Part shown: positions 36,301-47,800 of the stretch, piece after piece | Layout: the number at the start of each line of letters is the position of its first letter | Numbering within the stretch: position 1 is the stretch's first letter | NCBI GenBank assembly: GCA_009103225.1 | Contig: RHPI01000810.1 | Span: 682,001-746,000 of the forward strand | Source of the DNA: Chlorokybus atmophyticus | Taxonomy: Eukaryota > Plantae > Mesostigma and Chlorokybus algae | DNA: 64,000 nt | Direction: 5' to 3' | Position numbers and translations under genes: made by a program | Notes under the pieces: model-generated | Told to the model about the DNA's origin: nothing | The model's input: the letters and a program-made list of their open reading frames with translations, nothing else | Database searches by the model: none

Positions 36301-37757
36301 GGTGTGATTGCTTCCCCAAAGCAGCCAGTGTGCAATGTTTCACACTCAGTGCATGTGGACGAATGGCTGAATCGGTGTATCCACAGAACAGCTGTGGTGG
36401 CTGGGCCACGTACGAGCTTGCTCGCTCGTATGCGTGGCTCGAGCACATCAATCCAAGTGAGACATTTGGTGACATCATGATCGACTACCCTTGCGTGGAG
36501 TGCACTTCCGCGTGCGTGACAGCACTCGTCGCTTTTCAGGTGAGCGTACGGACAGATTGCCGCTGGCAGTCGTTCATTTATGCACTGCTGGTTTGATCGC
36601 GACTTGTGATATGTGGTGCCTACATCCAGGCACAGCACCCTAATCACAGACCAGACGACATCAAGCAAGCACTTGCTGCGGGTATGACACTGTACTACTT
36701 GCTTTGAGTCGACAATTATGACAAACGCATCAATCCTTACTTTTGGTGCCCAACAAAGAATTCGTTCCTACAACGCACCCGTTGAATCGAGTGTACTGGT
36801 TTCTTACATGCTCTTGGTATCTTGGTAGTGCAAGGACCCTCACTTGTGTGGGCAGGTGTGAAGTTCGTCAAGTCGGTGCAGCGTCCAGACGGATCTTGGT
36901 ACGGCAGCTGGGGGGTTTGTTTCACGTACGGCACGTGGTTCGGGCTCACGGCGCTGGCGGCCGCCGGCTATTCGTACGAGACGTCTGAAAGAGTCAAGGC
37001 AGCTGTTTTCTTCCTCCTGTCGAAACAATTGCCGGATGGGGGTTGGGGTGAGAGCTACCTTTCCTGTCAGGACAAGGTGCGTACGCATTCAACAACCTAG
37101 ATATGTGGTATGATCCCTACAACACAAGTTGTAATAAGCTGCGTGCATCACACGAAGACAGCTGTTTGTGCTCACGGTCAAGGAGCCGTGTTACTCTCGT
37201 GGCTTTTGTTGGGGTGTGTATGCTGGTAATGGCAGTGTTTTTGTGCTGCACATGATGCGTGACACTCACATCCGCAGGTGTACACCCATACGCATGACAA
37301 CCAATCCCATTGCGTCATGACTTCCTGGGCGATGCTTGCGTTGATGAGCACAGGTAACAGCCACACACCGCAAGACAGTTGTCAACACACGCTGCTGTTG
37401 ATTTGCATGGTGACCAGGCAGCTTTGCTATGTCAGTGTCTCAATGAACGATGTTGAGTTTGATGTCATAACAGGTCAGGCTCAACGTGACGCAGAGCCAC
37501 TAACAAGGGCTGCCAAGTTCTTACTGCGCTCACAGCAGCCAGATGGCGAGTTTCCACAGCAGGTTGGCGTGTAGCAGCCATATTGTTCTGCGCTGGGACT
37601 TCAATAGGTTGTTTGGGAGGCGCTAACTGTGCTTGTTGTCCAGGCTATCAGCGGGGTGTTCAACCGCAACTGCATGATCACATACATCAATTACCGCAAT
37701 ATTTTTCCAATTTGGGCTCTGGGACAGTACCGCACAGAAGTGCTGTTAGCATCGTAA
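33311..37757 (+). CDS. CAS1: Cycloartenol synthase (2,3-oxidosqualene cyclase), about 17 exons
   Basis: [62 protein letters not shown]|[52 protein letters not shown] and [24 protein letters not shown]. The Tyr, His and Ile equivalents of AtCAS1 Y410/H477/I481 are present. Confidence 0.96.
33499..33926 (+). other. GC-AG intron 1 in cycloartenol synthase
   Basis: AAG|GCAAGC...TTGCAG|A. A phase-2 junction is needed, and no phase-2 GT donor occurs before the in-frame stop. Confidence 0.65.
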
Positions 37758-38226
37758 CCTCCAGTTCAAATGGACACCTAATGCAACTGGCAACAAGTGA
37801 TCATCATGACTGTCATGAGTGCTTTTGACAATCTACCAGCCTGCAGCCTGGTGTGTAGAGCTGCTGTGTAAAATAATGCTGAAGCAGCAGAAGTCTGGAT
37901 CAAGGAGTCAATTGTGTGCCGAGCCAGTGCCTGTTGCTTCAAGCACTGCGGGTGCTGAACCAGCTACTGCACAACGCGTTGTGCAATTTAAAGAATAGCG
38001 CATTCTGTTACAAGAGTGACAGAAAAACAAAGGCAGGGGTGCAGATGACTGTACTTCAAGGCACTATACTGACTAATCCTTGTGCCGTAATCCCCATCTA
38101 GTAGAGATTCTGTTAACTTCTTCATCAGTAGAGGTGAGCAAACCACTATGCTCAAGCTCACCTCACCTCACTTTACTATAGCACGCAAGCACATGTGCAT
38201 GATATGCGAGGCTGAGACCTTACCCT

Positions 38227-41200
38227 CTACCAACAGCTATAGTACTGATTCTCCCATAGCGTTGGCATGGTTGCCCTTCGCGTCATATCTGTTGAGGTTG
38301 GCATGCTGTACATAGGAAGCTTCCCAGGCGTTGTGGACAACAGGTCTCGTAGGTTGTTCAACACGCCGTGGTTGAATGGAGCAACATTTGATGGTGCATT
38401 TCTGCGGACGGTTCACTTCACTGATATGCAGCAAAAGAAAAAAACATCGCTTGCGCAGATTCGTCAAGCCACAGTATAAAGATGCAAGTGACATTTTCCT
38501 AAGATGTTTGATGTCGGGATATGCATCATTGGAAACAAGTGACAGCAGGATGTAAGTAACAGAACAAATGTACTGCGCATACCTCAGATAACTGATGGAA
38601 GGGCCGCTTGTCACTTCCCAGGTTGTTTGATTGCTCAAAGCCAGGTAACTGCATGCACGGAAGATTGTTGTCAACACCAAGTATGACCAGTCCCCATGTC
38701 TCAATGAATATATCTTGTGGTTGGAAAACGGGTTTGTCATGGCGATTGTCTGTAGTCCCATGGCTAGCAGCCAGTTGACTACCTGTGAAAAAGCCAGAGA
38801 CCGGCTACAAACAGCCATGCGATGCTAGCGAATATGCCGGCGCAAATGGCCAGGAGTCTGGTGCTTAACCTGCAGGCACCATACAAGTCATGAGTTAAGC
38901 CTTTCAGCTGGCTTGTTACACACAGTATTGCACTTGACTGCTCGAACGAGTAAGAGCGTGACACGCAAACTCAATGCCAACTGGTTGGGTACCAGAAGCT
39001 GCGGGCAGGCTTTGGGTTGGTGATGGAAAACGTGATGAGGATCAGCTGTAAGCCCAACACAGTATGCAGCAGGAGATACAACCTGCCACCATGCCCATGG
39101 TTAGCAGCATCAATCACACGCAAAACCCAGCTTGGCGCACGCACTATTGGATACAGCAATCAGTCACCCTTGTGAAACCCCTTACCAAAACTTTGCATGA
39201 TTTCGTTGCCCAACGCATGCGCCAAGCCAGAAACAGTGGTGATCAAACCGCAGCACGCACAAATCGCAGTCGTGGCAATGCTTTGCGCGCAGAGGCTGCC
39301 GCAGAAGAATGTCAATCAACACCAATTAACACCAAGTCAGCTGCTTAGGTTTGCATTGCCAAGGCAGGTTTCCCAGGTTGATATGGAACCACGCCAACCA
39401 AGCAAGAATCTCGCAAGTACAGGCTTTTTACACAATGCAGACATATTGCTGTGTGTACTCACTTGCCATAGCCGACAGTAAGGACACCGTCGCCCAGTGC
39501 TGCGCCAAGGAAAGCAACCAACACTTAATGGCAATCCATGACAACAAAGCTGCTAAGATGTACACAGTAAACCCACCTGGACTCGTTTCTTCTCCACGGC
39601 GACTCGCTGACTGGATGCACAGCACCACTGCGGACAACACGCTTGTTAAAGTTGATATTGCAAGTGTATGAGGGTCTATAGCACTGCCTTGCGCAGCAGC
39701 AGTGATGAATGCAAACCTTGCAGGCTTAGGACTGAGTGGGGAGTCCATAGAGCACACGGGGTCTGTGCCGCTCTCAGCATCAAAAGACAGAGGAGTGCCT
39801 TTGTTCTCTCGCCGTCGAGGAGACAACACCTGCCCACATCACAGAGACAAGCACCAAATAGTTCAATTACCATTCACAAGGAAGATTGCATTCCACCAGT
39901 GCCTGCCACTAGTATTATAATCGACAGAGGCGGTGGTGTACTGTGTTCCTTCCGCGCCCTGTACTACCTACATGAACATCGCTTAACTTGTGGACAATGT
40001 GCACACTGTCAGATAAGTGATGCACAGTCGTAAACTGCTGCCACGGTACATGACAAGCTCGTTGTGAAACGCAACCGCGATTGCAAACATACCCACATCA
40101 TCTAGCTGCCCTTGCCTTCTGCTGCTGCGCAACAAGCTCATTGCTCAAGGACCTCGCAAGCTGTCCGTACAGCACGCCTTGACTCCTGTGCCACAACACG
40201 CACCAGCAAGGCAATTTATTAGCTGTTTGTGTCACTTCTATACCGATGAGGAAGTGGCACAAACAGCTGTGTTTTACAACCTAGCATCGATTTCTGCTGA
40301 GTTCATGCCATGACAATCAGGGCGTTCTTTGTGACTAAGCCGTTAGCTCACCTTGCCAAGAGTCCCTCTGTCTCAGAGCCTTTCTCGCGGCCTGACAATG
40401 ATTCAGGCGACATGTCATCCATAATATACCTAGTTGAGCGAGTGCAAACACGACCATAAGTGATTCATACGCAGCATCTGTTCTCTCTTGCCATTCCACA
40501 CTTGCAGCAAGCATGTGCTTGCAACCCACACACGCAGAAATTCAGCACAATGCAGGTTGCCTACTATGCTTCGCCTCGAACGTTGCACCTCTTACCCTGG
40601 GTCTGCTAGCGCGGTGTAGAAGTACTGCGCCATAGTGGCAACAAACACGGTGCAGAGCGCTACAATCGGCCTACATGAAACAATCAATCGCGTTAAACAT
40701 GCATGGGACACTGCTATATGTAGATTATTTGTAAGAGTCAATATGCTTGTGCAACATTCTCTTTCGCAGCAAACCTTACCACGCTCTGCCGGCACGCCAC
40801 CATCGCACCACGTCCGACTCAGTAAAGCAGGCCAGAATGATGTACAGTAGATGTAATGACACAAAGACTGCTCGGGCGCCAAGCTTCGCCCTTCTCAACG
40901 CTGCAGTACACATCCGCAAGCAATTCACAGGGCAGATCTGTAGCCTTGTTCAGTTAAGGCAGCCTGCATTATGCTTGAAAGGCTTGCCATTGCTGCTGAC
41001 TGCAACAACTTCAACCTGGATTGAAGCACATAGTACAGATGGACGAAGAATATTAAACCCTAACCTTGCTGGCGCAGCTGTGGGGAGCCCTGCGCCGAGG
41101 GTTGGAGCGGGAGCAGCGCCGGCTGCAGGAGGGCGGCGCGGGAGGAGCGCAGCAGGCACAAGAGCATGTGCTGAAAGCGCCCGCGGCGCACCTCCCCACC

Positions 41201-41266
41201 TCCGCCTCCTGCTCCTCCTCCACCCACTCCCCCGCCTCCACCTTCGCCGCAGCTCCACCACGCCAT
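38227..41266 (-). CDS. PAT10: DHHC protein S-acyltransferase, PAT10/ZDHHC12-like, about 11 exons
   Basis: Hand assembly gives [27 protein letters not shown]|[12 protein letters not shown]|[37 protein letters not shown] (about 39195-39303), [13 protein letters not shown] and [10 protein letters not shown]...[10 protein letters not shown]. The DHHC exons are too short for the ORF track. Confidence 0.9.
39830..40115 (-). other. Probable GC-AG intron in the DHHC gene
   Basis: CAGAAG|GCAAGG donor lies just before an in-frame TGA; phase 0 matches the next exon VLSPRRR. An extra internal exon cannot be excluded. Confidence 0.5.
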
Positions 41267-41352
41267 GCCTGCAACTGTGACACACAGGCGCAGGCGCCCC
41301 CCTCCTCATGGACTGCTGCTGTGCCTGCCGGAGAGGAAGTCCTCTGTCTTCG

Positions 41353-41396
41353 CCACTTTAGAAACGCCTGAAGTCCACTTTTGAAACGCCTGAAAA
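41353..41396. repeat. 22-bp tandem direct repeat (2 copies) upstream of the DHHC gene
   Basis: CCACTTTAGAAACGCCTGAAGT followed by CCACTTTTGAAACGCCTGAAAA, about 90-130 bp upstream of the ATG at 41266. Confidence 0.8.
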
Positions 41397-43374
41397 CGCA
41401 TGTGACTTGACCGTGTCAAGCCTCGAGTGAGCCCCTTCTTCGATTATGCCCCTTGTTGACATTTTAATGCACCCACTGTGCAGCATGTCAATCGTGCGCA
41501 GTTGTAGTCACAATGTGACTTGCATTACGGATTTCTGAAGTTAGGTGGCAGGCTGTGTTAATGAATTACTACAACTTGACACTCTCATTTGCCATCTTGC
41601 TCCAGCAATGATGGATATAAAGGCATTGCAATGCCCTTGTTCCATAATTCGCATGAAAACTTTATGCAGGCTCACGGCTTTTAAGCGTGAGTGTGGTAGG
41701 AGTTCATACACGCATTACTCATGCGACACATTGACTTCTAGCCCAATAATATTCACAAGCTGTGCTTCATTGACTTAAACTTAAACTCTAATTGACAGCC
41801 TGCAGCATGGTAGAGAAAGTTACGGAGTGCACAGATAGTATGTTACTTTATAATAGAATTAGCCTGCACGGCACGCGCAAGCAAAAAGAGTGGTTACAAG
41901 CGTGAATAAACAAGCATCATGCACAACGACGATTAATCTGCTTGGCTCGGCTTTAATGCAATCGTTTTGCATTTCACTCATGTGTATTTCTCACCAATAG
42001 GGGTGTATCCGCTAATTTATGACCCAAATGTAATAAACCCAACATTAAAAATGTATCATGACACATTTTACTATGTATGATATCACACTACCCGAACTGC
42101 TGCCTATCATGTGATAGACACTGAATACACGTCATTAAGTCATACGCACGGGTTGTAAAACCGAGTAGATAGAGGCAAAGAGCCAACGGGATGCGGCGAT
42201 GGTGGTACTGCCGGAGGGAGAGTGGGACATGGAATTGGTCTATTGTTGCTGGTATTAACTGCACCGCACCAATGATCAGAAGTTATCACGACTGATCGAC
42301 TAGCTAGCACACTGTGCAACTTGCTGCATGGGAGATGTCATTGTTACTTGCACGGTGCAATTAACAATGACTTGACATGCATGAATACACGACCAACGGG
42401 GTGGGGAAGCTATAAATTCGGTGTTGTATAACTTGTACAGCACTTGTGGTTGTGCCTATAGGTGACTCATCACCTAGGCACCCAACTTTGAATGTTGGGT
42501 GAGGTATGTGACACTTGCTATGTAGCAAGTGATGATGCTTGGTGGTGCAATAATGAACATGTGCTTACAATCTATTACATGTGATGTGATCACAATCATA
42601 ATATTTTAATAAATATTGTAATGTTGTGTTGTATTAAACTTATACAAATCCCATCGTACACACAAAAACTGTGTTAGCCGCAATTTGATTTTAAAAACGA
42701 AGCCACGTATTACTGTGCATTTTTTCAATTTTTGGGGCTAGCAAACTTCTCTTACATACAAGCACGAGCCATACACGCACACAAGCACACACCACAGTTA
42801 AATCACGCTACCAATAGCAAGACGGGCAGGGGCCAAGGCTATCTCAACAGTTGGTAAATGAATGCAAGCAAACACGCCTGCATAAACCTAGAGGTTTAAT
42901 AGCAACGGCTTTCATGGCCCTCACCATGCGCTAGACCAAACCCTACTCCTTTGCCGCCGTCAATGATGTAGACCCCGTATTTTGGTTATAATGGCATGGT
43001 CTACAACAATCCAATTCCATTACCCTACGGCAGTCACATGTTGGCATTTCTGCTCATAAGGGATGCTAAGTTGATGGGTGTCATGATGAAACACCAATCC
43101 ATGGCAATGCGTGCTGCCAGCAGATATGCGGCATACCTTGTTGCATACACAAGCACTTGGAGTGCTCCCCGCGTTACCATGTCATGTTTGTCGGTATTGA
43201 CTCAACTTGTATAGAAACATACCCATGCTAATAAACAACTCTTTTGAGTTTGGTAAAAAGTTGCCAACCTTGACATCGCCCTACATGCACGGTACCCCTC
43301 AATTGCAGGCCACACAACCGGTTGCACGCGCTGTGCACGTTACATCTTGCATACATCAGCACTGTCCATATACA

Positions 43375-44295
43375 GAGTGTAGTGTGCCAGGTAGTGAATG
43401 AACCCAGTGGTCAATCTTAAAATGGTGTTGTTGGTATGCGTTATGTAAAATTTGCATGCTGCTGACGGTGCATGCCACTATGCATGTGCATTTTCGTTTC
43501 GCAATGCTTACACATACTACGCCCTGGCAGTCCTTCAGGCCGTCTTGAGCCAGAGGCAAGCTGGGTTAGCCCACGCTTGTTGAGGTGTGCGCTTAGCTAC
43601 CCTGTTGAGGCATAAGGAGGTTCCCTGAGTCCCTTGGGTTCGTTTGGTTGGTGATTGATTGTGACTGTTGGGTGCGAATAAGTTGCTCGACCGGGGGCAC
43701 CATGCATGCAAAGATATGCGTATAGCATAGCTAGGCAGCACCCCGTTGGCCATGCAGGCAGTGCTCGACCGGCAGCCACAACCTCGCCCTCACACCATGC
43801 AAGGAGCACCCGAGCAGGACTACTACCACGAAGTGCAGTACATGGGGAGCAGCGATGTCTGCCCGTGTCACCACGGTGGAGTACGCAGGGAGCGCGACGT
43901 GCTGTGCGCATGCATGCTGAGCGCCAATGGGCGCAAACCCTAACGACGCAACCACAGCAGGGTGGATGGCGTATTTGTGGGTGGAGGCGGTGATGTGGGC
44001 GGCGGAGGAGGGGGAGTCCGTTGGCTATGCTGTTGCTGCTGCTGCCTCGGCAAAGACTGGGCCGCTAACCAATGGCCGTTGTGCAGGTGAACGCATGTGC
44101 ATGTGCATGCTTGCATGGCTAACCGGGTAGTAGGGTGAGTGTAGTGTGTTAGGTAGTGGATTAACCCGGTGGTCAACCTTACAATGGTGTTGTTGGTGTG
44201 CCTTATGTCAGTCTGCATGCTGCTGACGGTGCATGCGTTATGTCAATCTGCATGCCACTATGCATGTGCATTTTCGTCTCGCATTGTTTGTACAT
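43375..44295 (+). repeat. Diverged direct-repeat pair (about 43375-43515 and 44137-44295) flanking a GC-rich internal segment
   Basis: Both copies read GAGTGTAGTGTG..AGGTAGTG.AT.AACCC.GTGGTCAA.CTTA.AATGGTGTTGTTGGT.TGC.TTATGT....TGCATGCTGCTGACGGTGCATGC...CACTATGCATGTGCATTTTCGT.TCGCA. Copy 2 carries an internal ~19 bp duplication. Confidence 0.85.
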
Positions 44296-44816
44296 AATGC
44301 CACAATCACAATCAATTCCGTTTCTTATATATGGGTCTGGTGCCACCTTGGTTCCCTAAGCGTGCACTCACATTGGTTCAGACAAGTGACCCTCACACAA
44401 ATGTCAATATGATCACAAGCCGCCAATTTTGCACACTTATTGCTACCAAGCGAGGTGCAAAATTGTAGTGAACACCATCCGCTACAAACCAACCTCCCTT
44501 GCACCTGTCGTGTCGACAAGAGGTAGGGGCCGGGGAGGGGGGGGCTCCTTTTTAGCCCCTGGTAGGAACTGAAGGCTGTTGCAATGAATCCATCAACTTG
44601 ATCTAGATGAATAGCATTCTAGCATACCAGGTGATTCGTAATAAACATTGCTGACAAGCATGAACAACTGAAAAGGCACACTTAAACAACCATTGAGTGT
44701 AACGTAACGTCCATCAAGCTGACTTACCTATACTTACACTGCGAGTAAACTGACAAGCGCTATCTCAAGCTTCTCTGCTCGCTCAGAACCAAGCCCGACC
44801 CGTTGCATGGGGCAAT

Positions 44817-47800
44817 CTAATGGGTCCCGCGGCGCACGCTATCCTGCCCCATGCCTGGATTAGGCTGGCCAGGACTGCCATATGTACCCAGGGCCATGCT
44901 GTAGGAAACAGGGCCATTACCATTGCCCATGAGGCCACGCGAGCCCTCGTTGCTTTGGAAGCGTGCAAATTTTGCTTCCATACTGACCGCATTGCGCGCA
45001 TGCATAGCGTGCGGCAGCATCCAATACGGCACCGCATTGCCATCAGCCGACCTGCCCATCCCTTGCAGCTCAGGAGATACTTCCATCACGCCGTTCCCAG
45101 TCATGACAGCCCGAGGAACGCCTGCATGCCGACCCATGCCCATGCCGTTCTGCATCAGGTAAGGTGAACCAGCCAACATGGGCTGCGGCAGCATCCCGGG
45201 CATGCCGGGCATCTGTGCTCCTCCATACAAGTACTGTGCAGCCATGGGGTCTTCATCAAGCAAGTCATTGATCAGCGACAGATGCGGGAACTCATCCGGC
45301 AAGCCACTGCCGTCTGCACCAACTGGATGCTGACCTCGCTCTCTACGCCCGCGAAGCAAAGTGAACGGGGGAACAGGGGGCATGCCAGGATGCTCATGCC
45401 CCATGTGCACCATGTTCACAGAGCCAGGGTACATCTCTTTGCGGACTACCTGCGGACCCACCATGGAGTCCAAAGAGCCATTCGGCATGCCCCCAAAATT
45501 GTTCCCTGGTTGGCTATCAAGAGGTGTCTCTGTGCCTGTAGGGGATGTATTGCGTGCAGCGGGCGCAGGAGCGGTGGTTGCACGACCACTGGGGGTGCCA
45601 TTGCCGGATGCAGTACGTATGATGCCAGCCGCAGCATTGCGGTATGATGGCTCTACTGAGGATGTGGAGCCAGCAGCACCTGTGGCAGACGAAGATCCAG
45701 ATGCTGAAGCCGGAGTTTGAGGTCGCCCGCTTCCAGCCGTAACCACCACAGTTGCTGCACCTCCAACAGAGCCAGGAGCTGCTTTTCCAGAACTGCTAGG
45801 TCTGTTCTGCGCTTTGCTGGTGGAAGATGGTGCAACTGCAGAAGGTGCAGAGGCTGCGCGACTGCTCTGGCTGGCATCTGTAGTAGCGCTTGAAGGGCTC
45901 TCCGGCCGTACTGTACGGCCATTTGTAGGCACAGATGGGGCTGCGGCAGAAGATGCTGATGACGTTCCGGAGCCACTGGAAAGGCTACGCGAGTGCGTGT
46001 GAATCTTGTTAAGAGTTGGGGGTTGACTGGAAGCAATGCCACTTGTGGGAGCAGATTCAGAAGCACCATCTTCCAGCTCCTGCGATTGCACCTCAGCTGT
46101 CTGAATCTCAGCGACCGGGCTTGCATTCTCCTCTGCTCGGCCAGAAGAACATGCAGCTACATCCTCCGCATCAACCAATGAACTGGCCGCAATAGCCACT
46201 TCCAGCTGCTTCTGGATCTCTGTCACCTCATCCTCCTGCAGAACACGGCCAACCATTGTATGATGTGTGCACCAATACACGCACCGGTCTAAAGCACCGG
46301 CAACCAGGACAGGCACCAACTCTGAAGAATCTGCATAGCCGGTGGTGTGCTAACCTTCTCATTAAGGCGCTGTTCAAGCCATCGGACCTTGGCCTTCAGT
46401 TGGCGAATGTAAGCGCGCGTCTCTGCTGGTATGGTAGTCGGTGGCTCAGCTGGTCTATGTGCACTTGCCAAGTCGCTAGAGCTGCACAACACATCTGTTC
46501 GTCAAGGATGAAAGAACCTCTAATGCATGCATGTGTACCACGAGCTTTGTGCAGTATGCTGCCAAAGTAGTCTGTGACAAACGAAAACATACCCATTTTC
46601 AATGGGAGCTGCAGGCGCCGCGGGACGGTTTCCAGAAAACGACAGAGGAGAAGAGCAAGCAGATGTTGAACCTGCATGGCATGCACAGTGACAACCTTGC
46701 CTGGAAATAACATAGACAACCTGCTTCTGCAAATGCCTTCACAATACCTGATGACCGACCGTCCGCTTCATCAGCATCACCGTCACCGCCCTCACTTGAC
46801 CCGGAGCCATCGCCGTTTGCCTGACTCTGGGTTTCAGCAGCAGAGGCGCCACCAGGGCCATCTGTTTCTGTATCTGCCTCACCCTCCAATCCAACATCTG
46901 CCCCCTCTCCCTCTCCGGCGCCGGCAAACACGGAAGGCTTTCTGGACTTCCGCTGCTGCTGCTGAGCCTTTTCCCGTGCTTTCTTGTCTAACCTCAACAG
47001 TCGCTGCCGCTCGCGCTCTTCTTGTTCCATCATTCGCTGTTTCTCTTCTTGCTTGGCTAAGCGCTCCTCAGCCTCACGCTCCTTGCGATCTTTGCGGCGC
47101 TGCTTGGCCTACCAACAAATGATATCCGCGTTACACTCAAATGAATGCATGACAACAATTGCTAATCCAACAGAAACATACCAGCTTCTTTTTGGAACGC
47201 TTGTGATCCTGCACACCACGCTGTACTGTCTTTTCAGACTCCGCTTTTTCTGCTTCTTCCTCCTCACGGATCAAAGCCTCCTGGCGTTTGAGTGCCACAC
47301 TTTCTCGATACGCAGTCTCAAGGTTATTGCAGAAAAGATGCGCAAGCACAAACATCTCGACAGTTCGCCGTCCCAGCTCTGCAAGCCATTGCTCATCACG
47401 CTCCATTGAATCTCGACCATTTTCATCAGGTGGTAATCCATCATCCTGTTGGCACATGGCATGTTGGGCGGATGCACACAGTAGCGAGCATCACATCAGA
47501 AGAAAACAAGTTGCTGCTCTGGCTAACGGCGTTCAGCGAGTTGCGTACCTTGACACGTGAACCCCCATAATGGCCACCTGCATTTGCGCTGCCAGGACGC
47601 GACGCAGGGAGTACATCGGTTGCTGCACGCTCCAAGGTACCCAACACGTCGCCACCTAAGTAAAAGTAATCTTGCTGCAGGCATACAGGAGCCTCAGGAC
47701 AATCGCCTGCTAAGTCCAATGCCCGGTAGCCGCTGTACAGTGCATCCATCACCAGTGTACTGGTGACTTGCTGCGCACAGCCAGATGTGAGTTAGCTCTT

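Noticed and set aside
44722-44742. ACTTACCT / ATACTTAC as a U1 snRNA 5' end
   Set aside because: No U1 stem-loops or Sm site follow.
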